Below are positions 30,132-40,220 of a stretch of 64,000 bases of DNA, one piece after another. This stretch comes from a virus. Lineage: Duplodnaviria; Caudoviricetes. The translations under genes and the position numbers were made by a program. The stretch is taken from IMG/VR virus record IMGVR_UViG_3300005330_000014, positions 128,001 to 192,000 of that record. One strand, written 5' to 3'. The notes beneath the pieces are model-generated. The model did no database searches. It was not told where the DNA came from and was given only the letters and a program-made list of their open reading frames with translations. The stretch's first letter is position 1, and each line of letters starts with the position of its first letter.

Positions 30132-31268
30132 ATGAGTAAAGCTAAAGAAAAAAATAAAGAGGAAGAAACAGACGAAAAAGTTTTAACACCACAGCAGCAA
30201 GCCGCCGCGTTATTTAAAGGTAATAAAACAGATATTTACAACCACGAAGCAGATCATCATTCTCAAACTCCATCTTCTAGTTTGATTATGAATTCTATTA
30301 TGGGTGGTGGATTGCCTTCGGGCGCGTCCCGTGCAATCGGCAATAGTTCCGGCGGCAAATCTTCTTGTTCTCTGGATTTTATGTTTCATTTCTTGCAGCA
30401 AGTTACTAAACGTAAAGGCGTTTACGCCGACGCGGAAGGAAAACTAAACAAAAATATTAGAGAACGTTCTGGTGTTAAATTCGTGACTGATCCCGAGTTA
30501 TGGGAAGATGGAACTTGTTTAATTGTTCAAACTAATGTGTTTGAATTTTTATTCTCCTTTATGGGGGATTTAATGAGAAACAATCCAACTGATACTAAAT
30601 ATTTCTTTATTGTTGATTCAATTGATATGTTAGCGCGGCGCGATGACTTGCTTAAAAATATGGAAGATTCAGCCAAGGTTGCGGGCGGAGCAGTTTTAAC
30701 TTCAGTATTTTTAAAACAAACTTCAGCGGCGATGGCAAAGCGCGGACATTATTGCGTATTTATTTCTCAAGTTAGAGATGCGGTAAAAATTGACCCGCGC
30801 CAAAAAACGGATACTAATAAACAAGGAAAAGCGTCGGGCGGACATGCGTTAGAACATGCCCCTGAATGGGTATTAGATTTTCAACCTAGATATCAGGATG
30901 ATATAATCAGGGAAGATGACAATGACAAGAAATCTAAACCATTAGGACATTATTGCAGAATTAACATTGTTAAATCGAATAATGAGACTTACGGACAAGA
31001 GATTAGATATCCAATTAGATATGGGCGCACAGGCGGCACTTCTGTTTGGGTGGAAAAAGAGATTGCAGACTTTGCTTTAATGTGGAATTTCGCCAAAAAA
31101 GAGAAAAGCTCTTATTACTTTTCAGACGAATTAAAACAAGAATTTGCCGATAACAATATAGAAATCCCTGAAAAATTCGTTGGAATTAATAAGTATATGC
31201 AATTTTTTGAAGACCGCGCGGACGTAACCAGTTTTCTTTACAAAAAATTCACCAAACTCTTAGGGTAA
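30132..31268 (+). CDS. recA: RecA-like recombinase
   Basis: TPSSSLIMNSIMGGGLP, GNSSGGKSS (Walker A variant), IVDSI, FISQVR, GGHALEHA, VKS. Confidence 0.88.
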   Translation: MSKAKEKNKEEETDEKVLTPQQQAAALFKGNKTDIYNHEADHHSQTPSSSLIMNSIMGGGLPSGASRAIGNSSGGKSSCSLDFMFHFLQQVTKRKGVYADAEGKLNKNIRERSGVKFVTDPELWEDGTCLIVQTNVFEFLFSFMGDLMRNNPTDTKYFFIVDSIDMLARRDDLLKNMEDSAKVAGGAVLTSVFLKQTSAAMAKRGHYCVFISQVRDAVKIDPRQKTDTNKQGKASGGHALEHAPEWVLDFQPRYQDDIIREDDNDKKSKPLGHYCRINIVKSNNETYGQEIRYPIRYGRTGGTSVWVEKEIADFALMWNFAKKEKSSYYFSDELKQEFADNNIEIPEKFVGINKYMQFFEDRADVTSFLYKKFTKLLG

Positions 31269-31269
31269 A

Positions 31270-31683
31270 ATGAAATTCTATTCAATTCACGGCAAATTAG
31301 TCACTGTTAATGTGTCTAAATATCGCGTGGATTGGCAAAGAAAAGTCAGCGCGCCACAATTTGCCGCAAAATCCTTCTTATTTCCGTACTGGAGAAATGA
31401 TATAGTATTGGAGGAATTAAGGATTCCCGGCAGTTTGTTTAGAATTGATTTGGTTAATTTAAGTAAAAAAGTAATAATTGAAATTAGTCCCCGCTCCTTA
31501 CACGTTAATTATAACAAATTTATGCATAGAAACCGGGCTGGCTATCTCAAGAAAATTAAAAGTGACGCAGAAAAACTAAAATGGGCAGAAAAATCAGGGT
31601 TTAAATTTGTAGAATTCTACGATGAAGACCTTGCCAATCTTTCTCCAGAGTATTTAAAAGAAAAATTTGATTTAGATTTATGA
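31270..31683 (+). CDS. PD-(D/E)XK endonuclease-like protein
   Basis: EELRIPG...RIDLV....IIEI, H..Y..F.H. Confidence 0.65.
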   Translation: MKFYSIHGKLVTVNVSKYRVDWQRKVSAPQFAAKSFLFPYWRNDIVLEELRIPGSLFRIDLVNLSKKVIIEISPRSLHVNYNKFMHRNRAGYLKKIKSDAEKLKWAEKSGFKFVEFYDEDLANLSPEYLKEKFDLDL

Positions 31684-31895
31684 CTAATGAAGAATTAAGG
31701 GAATTGACGGGTAAAGTTGAGATAGAAGATATGTTAACTCATTTTCTATATCTGTTAGTCCGCGATTATTTACCTGCCGGAATAATTGAAGAGTTGGTCA
31801 GAAAAACGGAAAAAAATAAAATTCTATATACTAATGGATATTTAGCTAAATATGCAGAATTGCTATCCAATAGATTAAAAGATAAAAATGTGTAA
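31680..31895 (+). CDS. Hypothetical protein
   Basis: 71-aa ORF. Confidence 0.6.
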   Translation: MTNEELRELTGKVEIEDMLTHFLYLLVRDYLPAGIIEELVRKTEKNKILYTNGYLAKYAELLSNRLKDKNV

Positions 31896-31897
31896 AT
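31890..31897 (+). promoter_or_regulatory. GTGTAAAT motif (putative late promoter)
   Basis: 30 nt upstream of 31927; overlaps the upstream stop codon. Confidence 0.4.
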
Positions 31898-31926
31898 ATT
31901 GATAGCTTTTTAAAATTTACGAAATT

Positions 31927-32217
31927 ATGCCCAAAAAATTTAAAGACCCGGCGGATCAACCATTCCAATTCCCCCAAGCATTGCTAAAGTCCATCGACGA
32001 ATGCAGCCCAGAAGCATTTATGTTATTTTATATTGACGCTCATGGAGAACCAGTAGTAGCCGCCAATTTCAAAAATTCAATTAATGAATTGGGTTTAAGG
32101 AGTTTCGTTACTAACTTCATCGAATCCATAAACCAAGCGGAGGAAATTTCTTCGACCCAAAATCTTTTAGCTTCAGATCGTCCGCCCGAAGATTTTGAAG
32201 AAGATAACGAAGAGTAA
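31927..32217 (+). CDS. Acidic hypothetical protein
   Basis: 96-aa ORF. Confidence 0.7.
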   Translation: MPKKFKDPADQPFQFPQALLKSIDECSPEAFMLFYIDAHGEPVVAANFKNSINELGLRSFVTNFIESINQAEEISSTQNLLASDRPPEDFEEDNEE

Positions 32218-32246
32218 AGGTTTAGTCAAAATTATATAGTTTTGGA

Positions 32247-32633
32247 GTGAAGAAGCCTCCAAAGCCGAGCAAAGCCCCGGCACCGTTCAGTAAAGAGCGA
32301 AAAGATTTAATCAAAAAACTCATATCTAAGATAGATTACACAGTCTTTCCTAGAGAAATGAAAATGGCGGGACAACTTTTCGAGTTAATCCCCGATGCTG
32401 CTTTTTGGGCGCAATTCGAGCCGCCAAAATTTATCGGAGAATTAGATAGTTTAAGAATTTTCATGGGAGAATGGGGGCAAGACTATCTTCGTAAACAATT
32501 CAATTTGTACAATCATATAAAAGAGAATGAGATTGTAAAACCAATTGAGCCGCGCGGCCTTAAAGTCGGCGAAGATTACAAAATCATTCCTAAGTCAAAA
32601 CAATCTAATTTACTAGAATTTTTAAAAAGCTAA
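32247..32633 (+). CDS. Hypothetical protein (GTG start)
   Basis: 128-aa ORF directly before the helicase. Confidence 0.65.
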   Translation: MKKPPKPSKAPAPFSKERKDLIKKLISKIDYTVFPREMKMAGQLFELIPDAAFWAQFEPPKFIGELDSLRIFMGEWGQDYLRKQFNLYNHIKENEIVKPIEPRGLKVGEDYKIIPKSKQSNLLEFLKS

Positions 32634-32637
32634 AGTA

Positions 32638-34074
32638 ATGTCATTACAAATTAAAAACAGACTCGAAACAGAACGGCAAAGCCTTGCGGCATTAGTCCAA
32701 TACCCTGAAATTTTTCCTGATATTGATGCAGTAGTTAAAGAAAATTTTTACTCAAATAAACTAAATCAAGTAATTTTTGGGATAATTAAAACAACCATTC
32801 TCGCTAAAGAGCCGTTGGATAAGTTTACAATTGCCAATAAAATTGCAAATCTTAACTTAACTTTTGAAGTTGATGTTTATGGTTACTTGGAAGCTCTTGA
32901 AATAATTCAAATAAATAAAGCCGCCGCGCTTTCTTACTTCAAACAGTTGGCAACTATTTGGGGAAAAGAGCAGATTTACAAGCAAACCGAAGGAATTCAA
33001 AAGTATTTAAATAATACAGGAAATGATAGTTTCGATAGAATTATTGCTAATACTGATTCTTTATATAGTGAAATTACTAACAGCTTTCATTTAAACAATG
33101 AGCCGCAGGATTTATTTGAAGGAACAAAAGAATATATTGAAGAATTAGGTAATTTAGACGGGTCGGAAGAAATTAAGTTTCCGTTCCCCCGCTTCCATAG
33201 ATATTACGGCGGGTTAGAGCCGGGATTAATTTTGTTTGTTGCCGGTTTTAAAGTCGGAAAGTCGTGGTGGCTACTTAATCTCTTGAAAAGAGCTTGCACT
33301 GATAATAATGATGTTGAAGGCTTGTATATTGACACTGAAATGTCTACTAAGGAGGTTAAACGCCGGGCGGTAGCAGAATTGGCTCAAATTAATGAGTATT
33401 ATTTAAGACATGGGTGGAGAAATGACAAAGAGTTATGTGATAAAGTCCGCGCGGTGTGGCCGAAAATTGAAGCATGGTTTGGCAGAATGCAACATCTATA
33501 TGTAGGTAATATTTCTAGCGAAGAAACTGAATCAATTATCCGCCGATGGGTTTGGAAGAAACGGGCGGAAAAACCGGGGATCAAGCCAGTTATTTTCTAT
33601 GATTACTTTAAGTTACATGATGGTGATTCTATTAAAGATGCTTTTGCTAGTTCAATGGTTTTAGGTTACAAAGTAGATAGATTAAAGAAAATTTCCCAAG
33701 AGCTACAAATTCCAATCGTCGCGGCGGCGCAAACAAATGCGGAGGGTAACGTTGGATTAAGTAGAGAAATACCTAAATTTGTCGATAGTGCTTATAAACT
33801 AAGGCTGAGAAGCACTGAAGAAATTGAGGATGAAGGCGGGCCAGCAACTCATAAAATTGAAAGTATTTGTAATAGAAGTCTCGGCCCCGAAATGAAACAG
33901 TTTAATGATAAGGTTAAAATTGGTAAAGACAAGGAAGGAAAAACAATTTGGCGGGAAAATGCAATACTTTACAAATTCAAAGACTTTCGAGTGGAAGAAC
34001 TTAATACGGTCAAAGAGCAAATGAGTCTTCAATTAATGTCAAATAAAAGAAAAGATTCGGGGGAGATACTATAA
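32638..34074 (+). CDS. dnaB: DnaB-like replicative helicase
   Basis: N-terminal ERQSLAAL, AGFKVGKS Walker A, YIDTEMS, FYDY, AAAQTN. Confidence 0.88.
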   Translation: MSLQIKNRLETERQSLAALVQYPEIFPDIDAVVKENFYSNKLNQVIFGIIKTTILAKEPLDKFTIANKIANLNLTFEVDVYGYLEALEIIQINKAAALSYFKQLATIWGKEQIYKQTEGIQKYLNNTGNDSFDRIIANTDSLYSEITNSFHLNNEPQDLFEGTKEYIEELGNLDGSEEIKFPFPRFHRYYGGLEPGLILFVAGFKVGKSWWLLNLLKRACTDNNDVEGLYIDTEMSTKEVKRRAVAELAQINEYYLRHGWRNDKELCDKVRAVWPKIEAWFGRMQHLYVGNISSEETESIIRRWVWKKRAEKPGIKPVIFYDYFKLHDGDSIKDAFASSMVLGYKVDRLKKISQELQIPIVAAAQTNAEGNVGLSREIPKFVDSAYKLRLRSTEEIEDEGGPATHKIESICNRSLGPEMKQFNDKVKIGKDKEGKTIWRENAILYKFKDFRVEELNTVKEQMSLQLMSNKRKDSGEIL

Positions 34075-34077
34075 GTT

Positions 34078-35145
34078 ATGAAAATTCAGATTAATAATCC
34101 TCTAAACGGTAATACTCATACGGCATGGCATGAATGTACAACTCCAGACTGGTTTTATCGCAAATCTAGCTTAACACATTCTTCGCGGACGTATAAAGAT
34201 TCGGTCTTTGGGATTAAAGATATACAGCAATTTTGCAAACAGTTTGGATTTTCTCAAATTGACGAAGATTGTCTTCGTTTTCAAGATAGTAAGTGTAATT
34301 GGGGAGAATCTTGGTGGAGCGATAAATATCAAACATGTTTAACTTGCTATTTGAATAATAACGAAAAACATTATAACACGGTCAAATTGTTATATAGTTT
34401 AGAATGCAAATCTCAAAAGTTAATAGATTCTCTAGATAAAATATCCCGCCCTTTAAAATCTAAAGAGAATTTCATAAATCTGATTACTACTTCAAATATG
34501 GGTGGATTTACCCTTAAGCCTCTAGAAATCAAAAAACAAGACAATATTGATTTAACTTTAAACTACAATCAAGGATTCGACAAAGTAGACAAACAAATTA
34601 AGTCGATTTTGAATAGCGATGAAAACGGAATTTTGATTCTAAATGGGCAACCGGGCACCGGGAAAACGTCCTATATTCGCTATCTTCTTTCGGTTTTAAA
34701 TAAGAAAGTTATTTATATCCCGCCGAACATGGTGGAAAAGATATCTGATCCTTCTTTAGTTACTTTCCTTTTAGATCATCCTGATTCAATACTTTTAATT
34801 GAAGATGCAGAAGAGGCAGTAATCGCGCGCGAGGATAATGTCAGAACGCAAAGCGTTTCTAATTTACTTAACTTAAGTGATGGGATTCTAGGAGACTGTT
34901 TAAGAATGAAGATTCTTTGCACATTTAATGTTGATATTCACCGTATTGATGACGCTCTTTTAAGACGTGGCAGATTAAAGATAAAATACGAATTCAAGCC
35001 TTTAAGTATTGAAAATTCAAATAAGTTACTGAAATCATTAGGCAAGGATTGTATTGTTGATAAGCCGTCCACGCTTGCTGAGTTATACAATATCACTTCA
35101 GACAATTTATACAAACCCAAAGAAACTCAAAGATTAGGATTCTAA
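34078..35145 (+). CDS. AAA+ ATPase
   Basis: GQPGTGKT, LLIEDAE, LLNLSDG, IDDALLRRGRL. Confidence 0.88.
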   Translation: MKIQINNPLNGNTHTAWHECTTPDWFYRKSSLTHSSRTYKDSVFGIKDIQQFCKQFGFSQIDEDCLRFQDSKCNWGESWWSDKYQTCLTCYLNNNEKHYNTVKLLYSLECKSQKLIDSLDKISRPLKSKENFINLITTSNMGGFTLKPLEIKKQDNIDLTLNYNQGFDKVDKQIKSILNSDENGILILNGQPGTGKTSYIRYLLSVLNKKVIYIPPNMVEKISDPSLVTFLLDHPDSILLIEDAEEAVIAREDNVRTQSVSNLLNLSDGILGDCLRMKILCTFNVDIHRIDDALLRRGRLKIKYEFKPLSIENSNKLLKSLGKDCIVDKPSTLAELYNITSDNLYKPKETQRLGF

Positions 35146-36032
35146 TGGAAGTTGAATTAGAACATTTTGATATTAAAGACTTTTTAAGATCGAATGGTTA
35201 TCCCGTACGTGATTCCGGCGGCCAATGGATTCAGTCTGTTTGTAAATATCGCGGTGGACAAAAATTCAATTTAAGTATCAACAAACTTTCAGGTAAATGG
35301 GTGGATTTCGTAACAGGTCAAAAAGGAACAATCAACGAATTAGTTAAAGTAATTGGCGGCGAATATCAAGATGTTAGTTTTGAGCATTTTACCAATGAAC
35401 CAAAGCTAGATTTACCCAAAAAATTCGACAAATCAATACTAAATTATCTAGAAAAGGATCATAGTTATTGGGTGAATAGGGGAATTAGCCGCGCGGTTTG
35501 CGAGGATTTGGGCGGAGGTATTGCTGACCCCGAGAAACTACCCAAACTTAAAAACAGGTATATTCTGCCAATTATAGGATTAAAACAAGAATTAGCAGGC
35601 TTTACGGCGCGCTATATAGGTAATAGTAAATCTAAATCAATTCCCAAATACAAACATATAGGAGAAAAGAGCAAATGGATTTGGCCACGCGCCAACTCTA
35701 TAGATGAAACCAAAAGAGTAATATTAGTAGAATCCCCGGCTTGTTGCATGAGTCTTATGACTTGCGGGATTAATGATTCTTTGTGCTTATTTGGGGTTAA
35801 GCTGTCTGGTACTATTATCAATTATCTTATTGGTTTGTCGGTAAATCATATAGTTATATCAACAAATAACGAACCTGATAATGAAAGTATAGGCAATCGG
35901 GCGGCTCAGGATATCAAAGATCAACTAAGCAACTATTTTGATAATGTTGAAGTTCGATTACCCTCTTTAAAAGATTTTAACGAAATGATTTGTAAAATGG
36001 ATAAACAATCAATTATAGAATTACTAAAATGA
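35145..36032 (+). CDS. dnaG: DnaG-like primase (divergent TOPRIM)
   Basis: Reduced Zn-domain-like N-terminus, YWVNRGIS, RYILPI, GFTARYI, KYKH, VILVES; position after the helicase. Confidence 0.7.
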   Translation: MEVELEHFDIKDFLRSNGYPVRDSGGQWIQSVCKYRGGQKFNLSINKLSGKWVDFVTGQKGTINELVKVIGGEYQDVSFEHFTNEPKLDLPKKFDKSILNYLEKDHSYWVNRGISRAVCEDLGGGIADPEKLPKLKNRYILPIIGLKQELAGFTARYIGNSKSKSIPKYKHIGEKSKWIWPRANSIDETKRVILVESPACCMSLMTCGINDSLCLFGVKLSGTIINYLIGLSVNHIVISTNNEPDNESIGNRAAQDIKDQLSNYFDNVEVRLPSLKDFNEMICKMDKQSIIELLK

Positions 36033-36532
36033 AACAACGAATTGCGTGTATTGGTAGCCGGTCTATCACCCAAGATCAACAACAATTATTCAATTTAATA
36101 GGACAATACTTAGCAAGTGAAGATTACTATTTATCTTCGGGTAACGCGGATGGCGCTGATTGCGAGTTTGCCGCCGGAGCAAGTATGATTAATCCAAGTT
36201 GTGTTCTTTTGTATCTTCCGTGGAGTTCTTATAATAAGGAGTATATCGTCCCCGGAAATAAGGTATTAAGTAATCCTAAAGACGAATGGTTTAATATAGT
36301 AGCGCCGTTTCATCCAGCATGGGCAAATCTAACCCAAGGAGCCCGGCGGCTCCACGCAAGGAACTACGGTATCGTATACAAAGCCGATAAAGTAATTGCT
36401 TTATTAAATCATAACAAACCTTCGGGCGGCGGCACGGGGATGGGCTGGAAATTGGCTGAATATCTCAAAATTCCTAGACTAGATTTGAACGAGAAATCAT
36501 ATAAACAAGTAATAGAATTTATAGAAAATTGA
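36029..36532 (+). CDS. SLOG / DprA-Smf-like protein
   Basis: IACIGSRS, SSGNADGAD, LHARN, GGTG. Confidence 0.75.
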   Translation: MKQRIACIGSRSITQDQQQLFNLIGQYLASEDYYLSSGNADGADCEFAAGASMINPSCVLLYLPWSSYNKEYIVPGNKVLSNPKDEWFNIVAPFHPAWANLTQGARRLHARNYGIVYKADKVIALLNHNKPSGGGTGMGWKLAEYLKIPRLDLNEKSYKQVIEFIEN

Positions 36533-36652
36533 TATTATGGGATTGTTTAATGATAGATATTGGCGAAAAGGTTTCAATTGGCCTAACTTCATTTTAGGAA
36601 TGATGTTTGGAATGTTATTCGTTTTTGGGCTACTTAGGTATACTCATTCATA

Positions 36653-37072
36653 ATGACTAAAGAATATTCTTGCGGTTTTATCTTTGATTTGTCGGCCACT
36701 CGCGTTCTACTTTTGAAAAAGAGGCCGGGCGCTCCCAATGCAGGTTTTTGGAACGGTCATGGCGGGAAAATAGAACCAAACGGCGAATCTCCTTTAGATT
36801 GTATAATTAGAGAAACTAAAGAGGAAGTTGGATTAAATATAACAACTTGGGACGAATTTTGTGAACTGCGCGGCCCCGGATTTGTAGTTCATTTTTTCAG
36901 AACCTTCACAAACAAGATAGGACAAGCAGCCCAACAAGAGGTTGAAGAAATCGAGATATATAACGTTAAACTTCTTCCCAACGTCGTTCCTAATGTCAAA
37001 TTTCTAATTCCTATGGCTTTAAGTATAGATTTAGATTCGGCAAGTAAGTTTGTTATTCAAGAAATTATATAG
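36653..37072 (+). CDS. NUDIX hydrolase (MutT-like)
   Basis: GGKIEPNGESPLDCIIRETKEEVG Nudix box. Confidence 0.9.
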   Translation: MTKEYSCGFIFDLSATRVLLLKKRPGAPNAGFWNGHGGKIEPNGESPLDCIIRETKEEVGLNITTWDEFCELRGPGFVVHFFRTFTNKIGQAAQQEVEEIEIYNVKLLPNVVPNVKFLIPMALSIDLDSASKFVIQEII

Positions 37073-37109
37073 ATTATTAAGCAAAATCGGCCAAAAGTCA
37101 GGCCAGCCG

Positions 37110-37117
37110 GTGTAAAT
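37110..37117 (+). promoter_or_regulatory. GTGTAAAT motif (putative late promoter)
   Basis: Intergenic, ~55 nt upstream of 37173. Confidence 0.45.
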
Positions 37118-37172
37118 TAGATAAACAAACCCTCATTTAGCCGCGCGGCTCAACTTAGTTTTCAAAAATATT

Positions 37173-38651
37173 ATGAAGAAAATCAATCCTGAAATTATAG
37201 AGAAATTGCAAGTATTTTTAAAAGAAGGGCACAAAGAATCTGATGTGCGTCGCTGGTTCCGTGAAACGCTAGGTTTAAGTAAGTCACAAGGTAATTCAGT
37301 ATATAATGAGACTGTTAAATCTCTAAAATCAGTAGCTAAATCTGACAATATCATTTCTGATTCGGCTGGCCTAGAATTCGTTTCAGATCGTTATACGTAT
37401 AATCAACTTAATGATACTTATGTTATTAATTTGAAATGCCAAGGTAAGCCTCTAGTCGTGTCAGGCTCTAGGCATCGGGCGATTTGCCGCAGTTATTCAG
37501 ATTGGGGCGATGGGCTCAATTCTGATGAAATTTGCAAGAAATATGCATTAACCCCTGAAATTTTTGACGAATATCGGCGTATCTTTAGTTTAACTAAACA
37601 AAAAGAGCCTTTGTCTATCGAAGAAGTTTTGGAAAACTCGGTGGAGGATAATGTAGGAAAAATTCTAGAAGAGAAAAGATATAAAATATATCAGCAATAT
37701 GAAAAAGAAAGTTGGAAAAATATTCAAGCGGCTGCAATCAAATGGCAGCGTTTTCAAGCCAAGGAATTTGACCCATTTTGTAACTTCATCGAGTCATGGA
37801 ATCCGCCAGTTTATAATCCTGTCGAATTTAAAAATAAAACAAAAGTCGGGGATAAACACTTTGTCGCTTCTCTTAGCGATATTCACGTAGGATTAATTTC
37901 TCACGGGCGATTCAATTATTTTAAAGGTGAATGGTCACACAAAGATTTAGAAGAATCAATTAAGCAATATACTGCTAAAATTAGAGATGAAGTAGATAAT
38001 CGCAAGACCGGGTTTAAAGACGCTTATTTACTTTTAGCTGGCGATATTTGCCATACCCTTAGTGGTTTTACAGATAAGGGCACCAAACTAGAATATGAAT
38101 TTATTGCGGAAAATCAATTTGATTTAGCTTTCAATATTATTGTTTATTTTTTGAATGAATTACTAGCTATCTTTCCTGAGATTAACATTAAGTCAGTCGC
38201 AGGCAACCATTCTAGTTTTGGTGATTATGTTGTAGCTAAAGCTTTAGAAGCATATTATAGAACTGAGCCGCGCCTTAAATTTGAAATAACTACCAAACGT
38301 TATTTACCATTTAAAATCGAAGATTCATTATTTATCCTAGAGCACGGTTATAGTCCGTTTTACAAATCTCGTTTACCCAATGCTAAGAATCAACGAGAAA
38401 ACTATATTAATGGATTATTTTTATCTAAACCAGAATTACTTCAAGGGATTAGAACAAAATACTATCTATCCGCCGACCAACATCATTCTGAAACTAAAGA
38501 AACCAATTTCTACGAACAGATTATGTTTTCTACGATAGTAGCCGCCGACCGTCACTCTGATAATTGTGGTTATGTTAATCGGGCGCGGCAAAACTGCTTA
38601 GTTATTGATAAAGAAGGATTAAGAGAAATCATTCATTTCTATTTCGACTAG
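37173..38651 (+). CDS. Calcineurin-like metallophosphoesterase with helical N-terminal extension
   Basis: SDIHVG, AGD, AGNH, EHG, ADQHH. Confidence 0.8.
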   Translation: MKKINPEIIEKLQVFLKEGHKESDVRRWFRETLGLSKSQGNSVYNETVKSLKSVAKSDNIISDSAGLEFVSDRYTYNQLNDTYVINLKCQGKPLVVSGSRHRAICRSYSDWGDGLNSDEICKKYALTPEIFDEYRRIFSLTKQKEPLSIEEVLENSVEDNVGKILEEKRYKIYQQYEKESWKNIQAAAIKWQRFQAKEFDPFCNFIESWNPPVYNPVEFKNKTKVGDKHFVASLSDIHVGLISHGRFNYFKGEWSHKDLEESIKQYTAKIRDEVDNRKTGFKDAYLLLAGDICHTLSGFTDKGTKLEYEFIAENQFDLAFNIIVYFLNELLAIFPEINIKSVAGNHSSFGDYVVAKALEAYYRTEPRLKFEITTKRYLPFKIEDSLFILEHGYSPFYKSRLPNAKNQRENYINGLFLSKPELLQGIRTKYYLSADQHHSETKETNFYEQIMFSTIVAADRHSDNCGYVNRARQNCLVIDKEGLREIIHFYFD

Positions 38652-38657
38652 TCTATT

Positions 38658-39893
38658 ATGTTAGATATAAACAAAATTTATCAGGGTCATAGCCTTGATA
38701 TCCTAAAAACTTTCCCTAATGAGTCGGTGCAGTGTGTAGTAACGTCGCCCCCTTATTTTTCGTTGAGAAGTTATTTAGATACTGAAAATCCTAATAAACA
38801 TTTAGAAATTGGATTCGATAATTCACTACAAGAATATATCACAAATTTAACAAGTCTATTTTCTGAAATTCACAGAGTATTAAGAAAAGATGGAACATTT
38901 TGGCTAAATTTAGGAGATACTTATGCTGGTAATAAACTTGGCAATACTCAAGGTACTTATTCTTCTAACTTAAAGTATGCAAACCCAGAGAAAGACTTAG
39001 AAAGCTTCCGTAAAGAGAATGAATATAAAAAGACAGTGCCAATGGGACTCAAATCAAAAGACTTAATAGGTGTTCCTTGGCGTGTTGCTTTTGCTTTGCA
39101 AGATGCTGGGTGGTATTTACGCTCTGATATAATTTGGGCAAAAAGTATTAGTTTCAACTCTAAATATACAGGTAGCTGCTTACCGGAAAGCTGCAAGGAC
39201 CGCCCTACTAAATCTCACGAATACTTATTCTTATTAACAAAATCTCCAAAATATTTCTATGATAAAGAAGCTGTACAAGAAAAAGCTCAAGATTGGGGTT
39301 CAAGAAATCGTGATGAATTCCGGGGTGGGACTACTGATCCTAAACTAAAACATCATGGATTAGCTGATTGTGATTTTAGTGCATCCGGCAGAAATCTAAG
39401 ATCGGTTTGGACAGTAAATCCAAAACCATTTAAAGGCGCTCATTTCGCCACCTTTCCCGAAAAACTAATTGAACCATGTATTAAAGCGGGAACTAGCGAA
39501 TACGGTTGTTGTGTGAATTGTGGGAAACCTTACAAAAGAATAACAGTTAAAGGTAATGCTGACGAAGAACACAAGAAGACTTGCGGCGCGGATTCTAATG
39601 GAGAATATCTGGGATTAGCTACTAAAGATTATGATTCCGCCCGAGCGCAAAATGCCAGCGAAGTAAAAGCAAGAATTTTGGCCGGAATGGTTAAAACTAA
39701 AACAACTGGGTGGAAAAAAGATTGTAAATGTTTAACTAATGATATTAAACCTTGTGTTGTGCTCGATCCATTTTTCGGTGCAGGGACGACAGGAGTTGTA
39801 TCTAAAAAATTAGGTCGTAGCTGGGTCGGAATTGATTTGAATCCAGAGTATTGTGAAATCGCACGGACAAGAATTAATGAAGTTCTTATTTAA
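38658..39893 (+). CDS. DNA amino-methyltransferase (N4-C or N6-A, beta order)
   Basis: TSPPY N-terminal, DIIWAK, HFATFP, VLDPFFGAGTT C-terminal. Confidence 0.92.
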   Translation: MLDINKIYQGHSLDILKTFPNESVQCVVTSPPYFSLRSYLDTENPNKHLEIGFDNSLQEYITNLTSLFSEIHRVLRKDGTFWLNLGDTYAGNKLGNTQGTYSSNLKYANPEKDLESFRKENEYKKTVPMGLKSKDLIGVPWRVAFALQDAGWYLRSDIIWAKSISFNSKYTGSCLPESCKDRPTKSHEYLFLLTKSPKYFYDKEAVQEKAQDWGSRNRDEFRGGTTDPKLKHHGLADCDFSASGRNLRSVWTVNPKPFKGAHFATFPEKLIEPCIKAGTSEYGCCVNCGKPYKRITVKGNADEEHKKTCGADSNGEYLGLATKDYDSARAQNASEVKARILAGMVKTKTTGWKKDCKCLTNDIKPCVVLDPFFGAGTTGVVSKKLGRSWVGIDLNPEYCEIARTRINEVLI

Positions 39894-39896
39894 ATT

Positions 39897-40220
39897 ATGA
39901 AATACAAAATCTTAACAATGTGCGCCGGAGGTAATGTTCGCAGCGTAGGAATGAAATATTTACTTAAATATAAGTACGGACATGAGGCTTTAGCTTGCGG
40001 GCAAGACGCCAACTCAACAGAGACTATTGATATGTTATGTAGTTGGGCGGATTATGTTATTGTCATGACGGATGATTATGCAAAGTTTGTTCCAGAAAAA
40101 TATAAAGATAAGTTACTTTGTTATGATGTCGGCGAAGATCGTTTCGGTTATGCCTTTCATCCTGAATTATTGCAAATTATAGATAGAATGATTATTGAAC
40201 GCGGTTTATTTAATTTATAA
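39897..40220 (+). CDS. Low-molecular-weight phosphatase-like protein (LMW-PTP/ArsC fold)
   Basis: TMCAGGNVRS = CX5RS P-loop; WADYVIVM. Confidence 0.65.
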   Translation: MKYKILTMCAGGNVRSVGMKYLLKYKYGHEALACGQDANSTETIDMLCSWADYVIVMTDDYAKFVPEKYKDKLLCYDVGEDRFGYAFHPELLQIIDRMIIERGLFNL

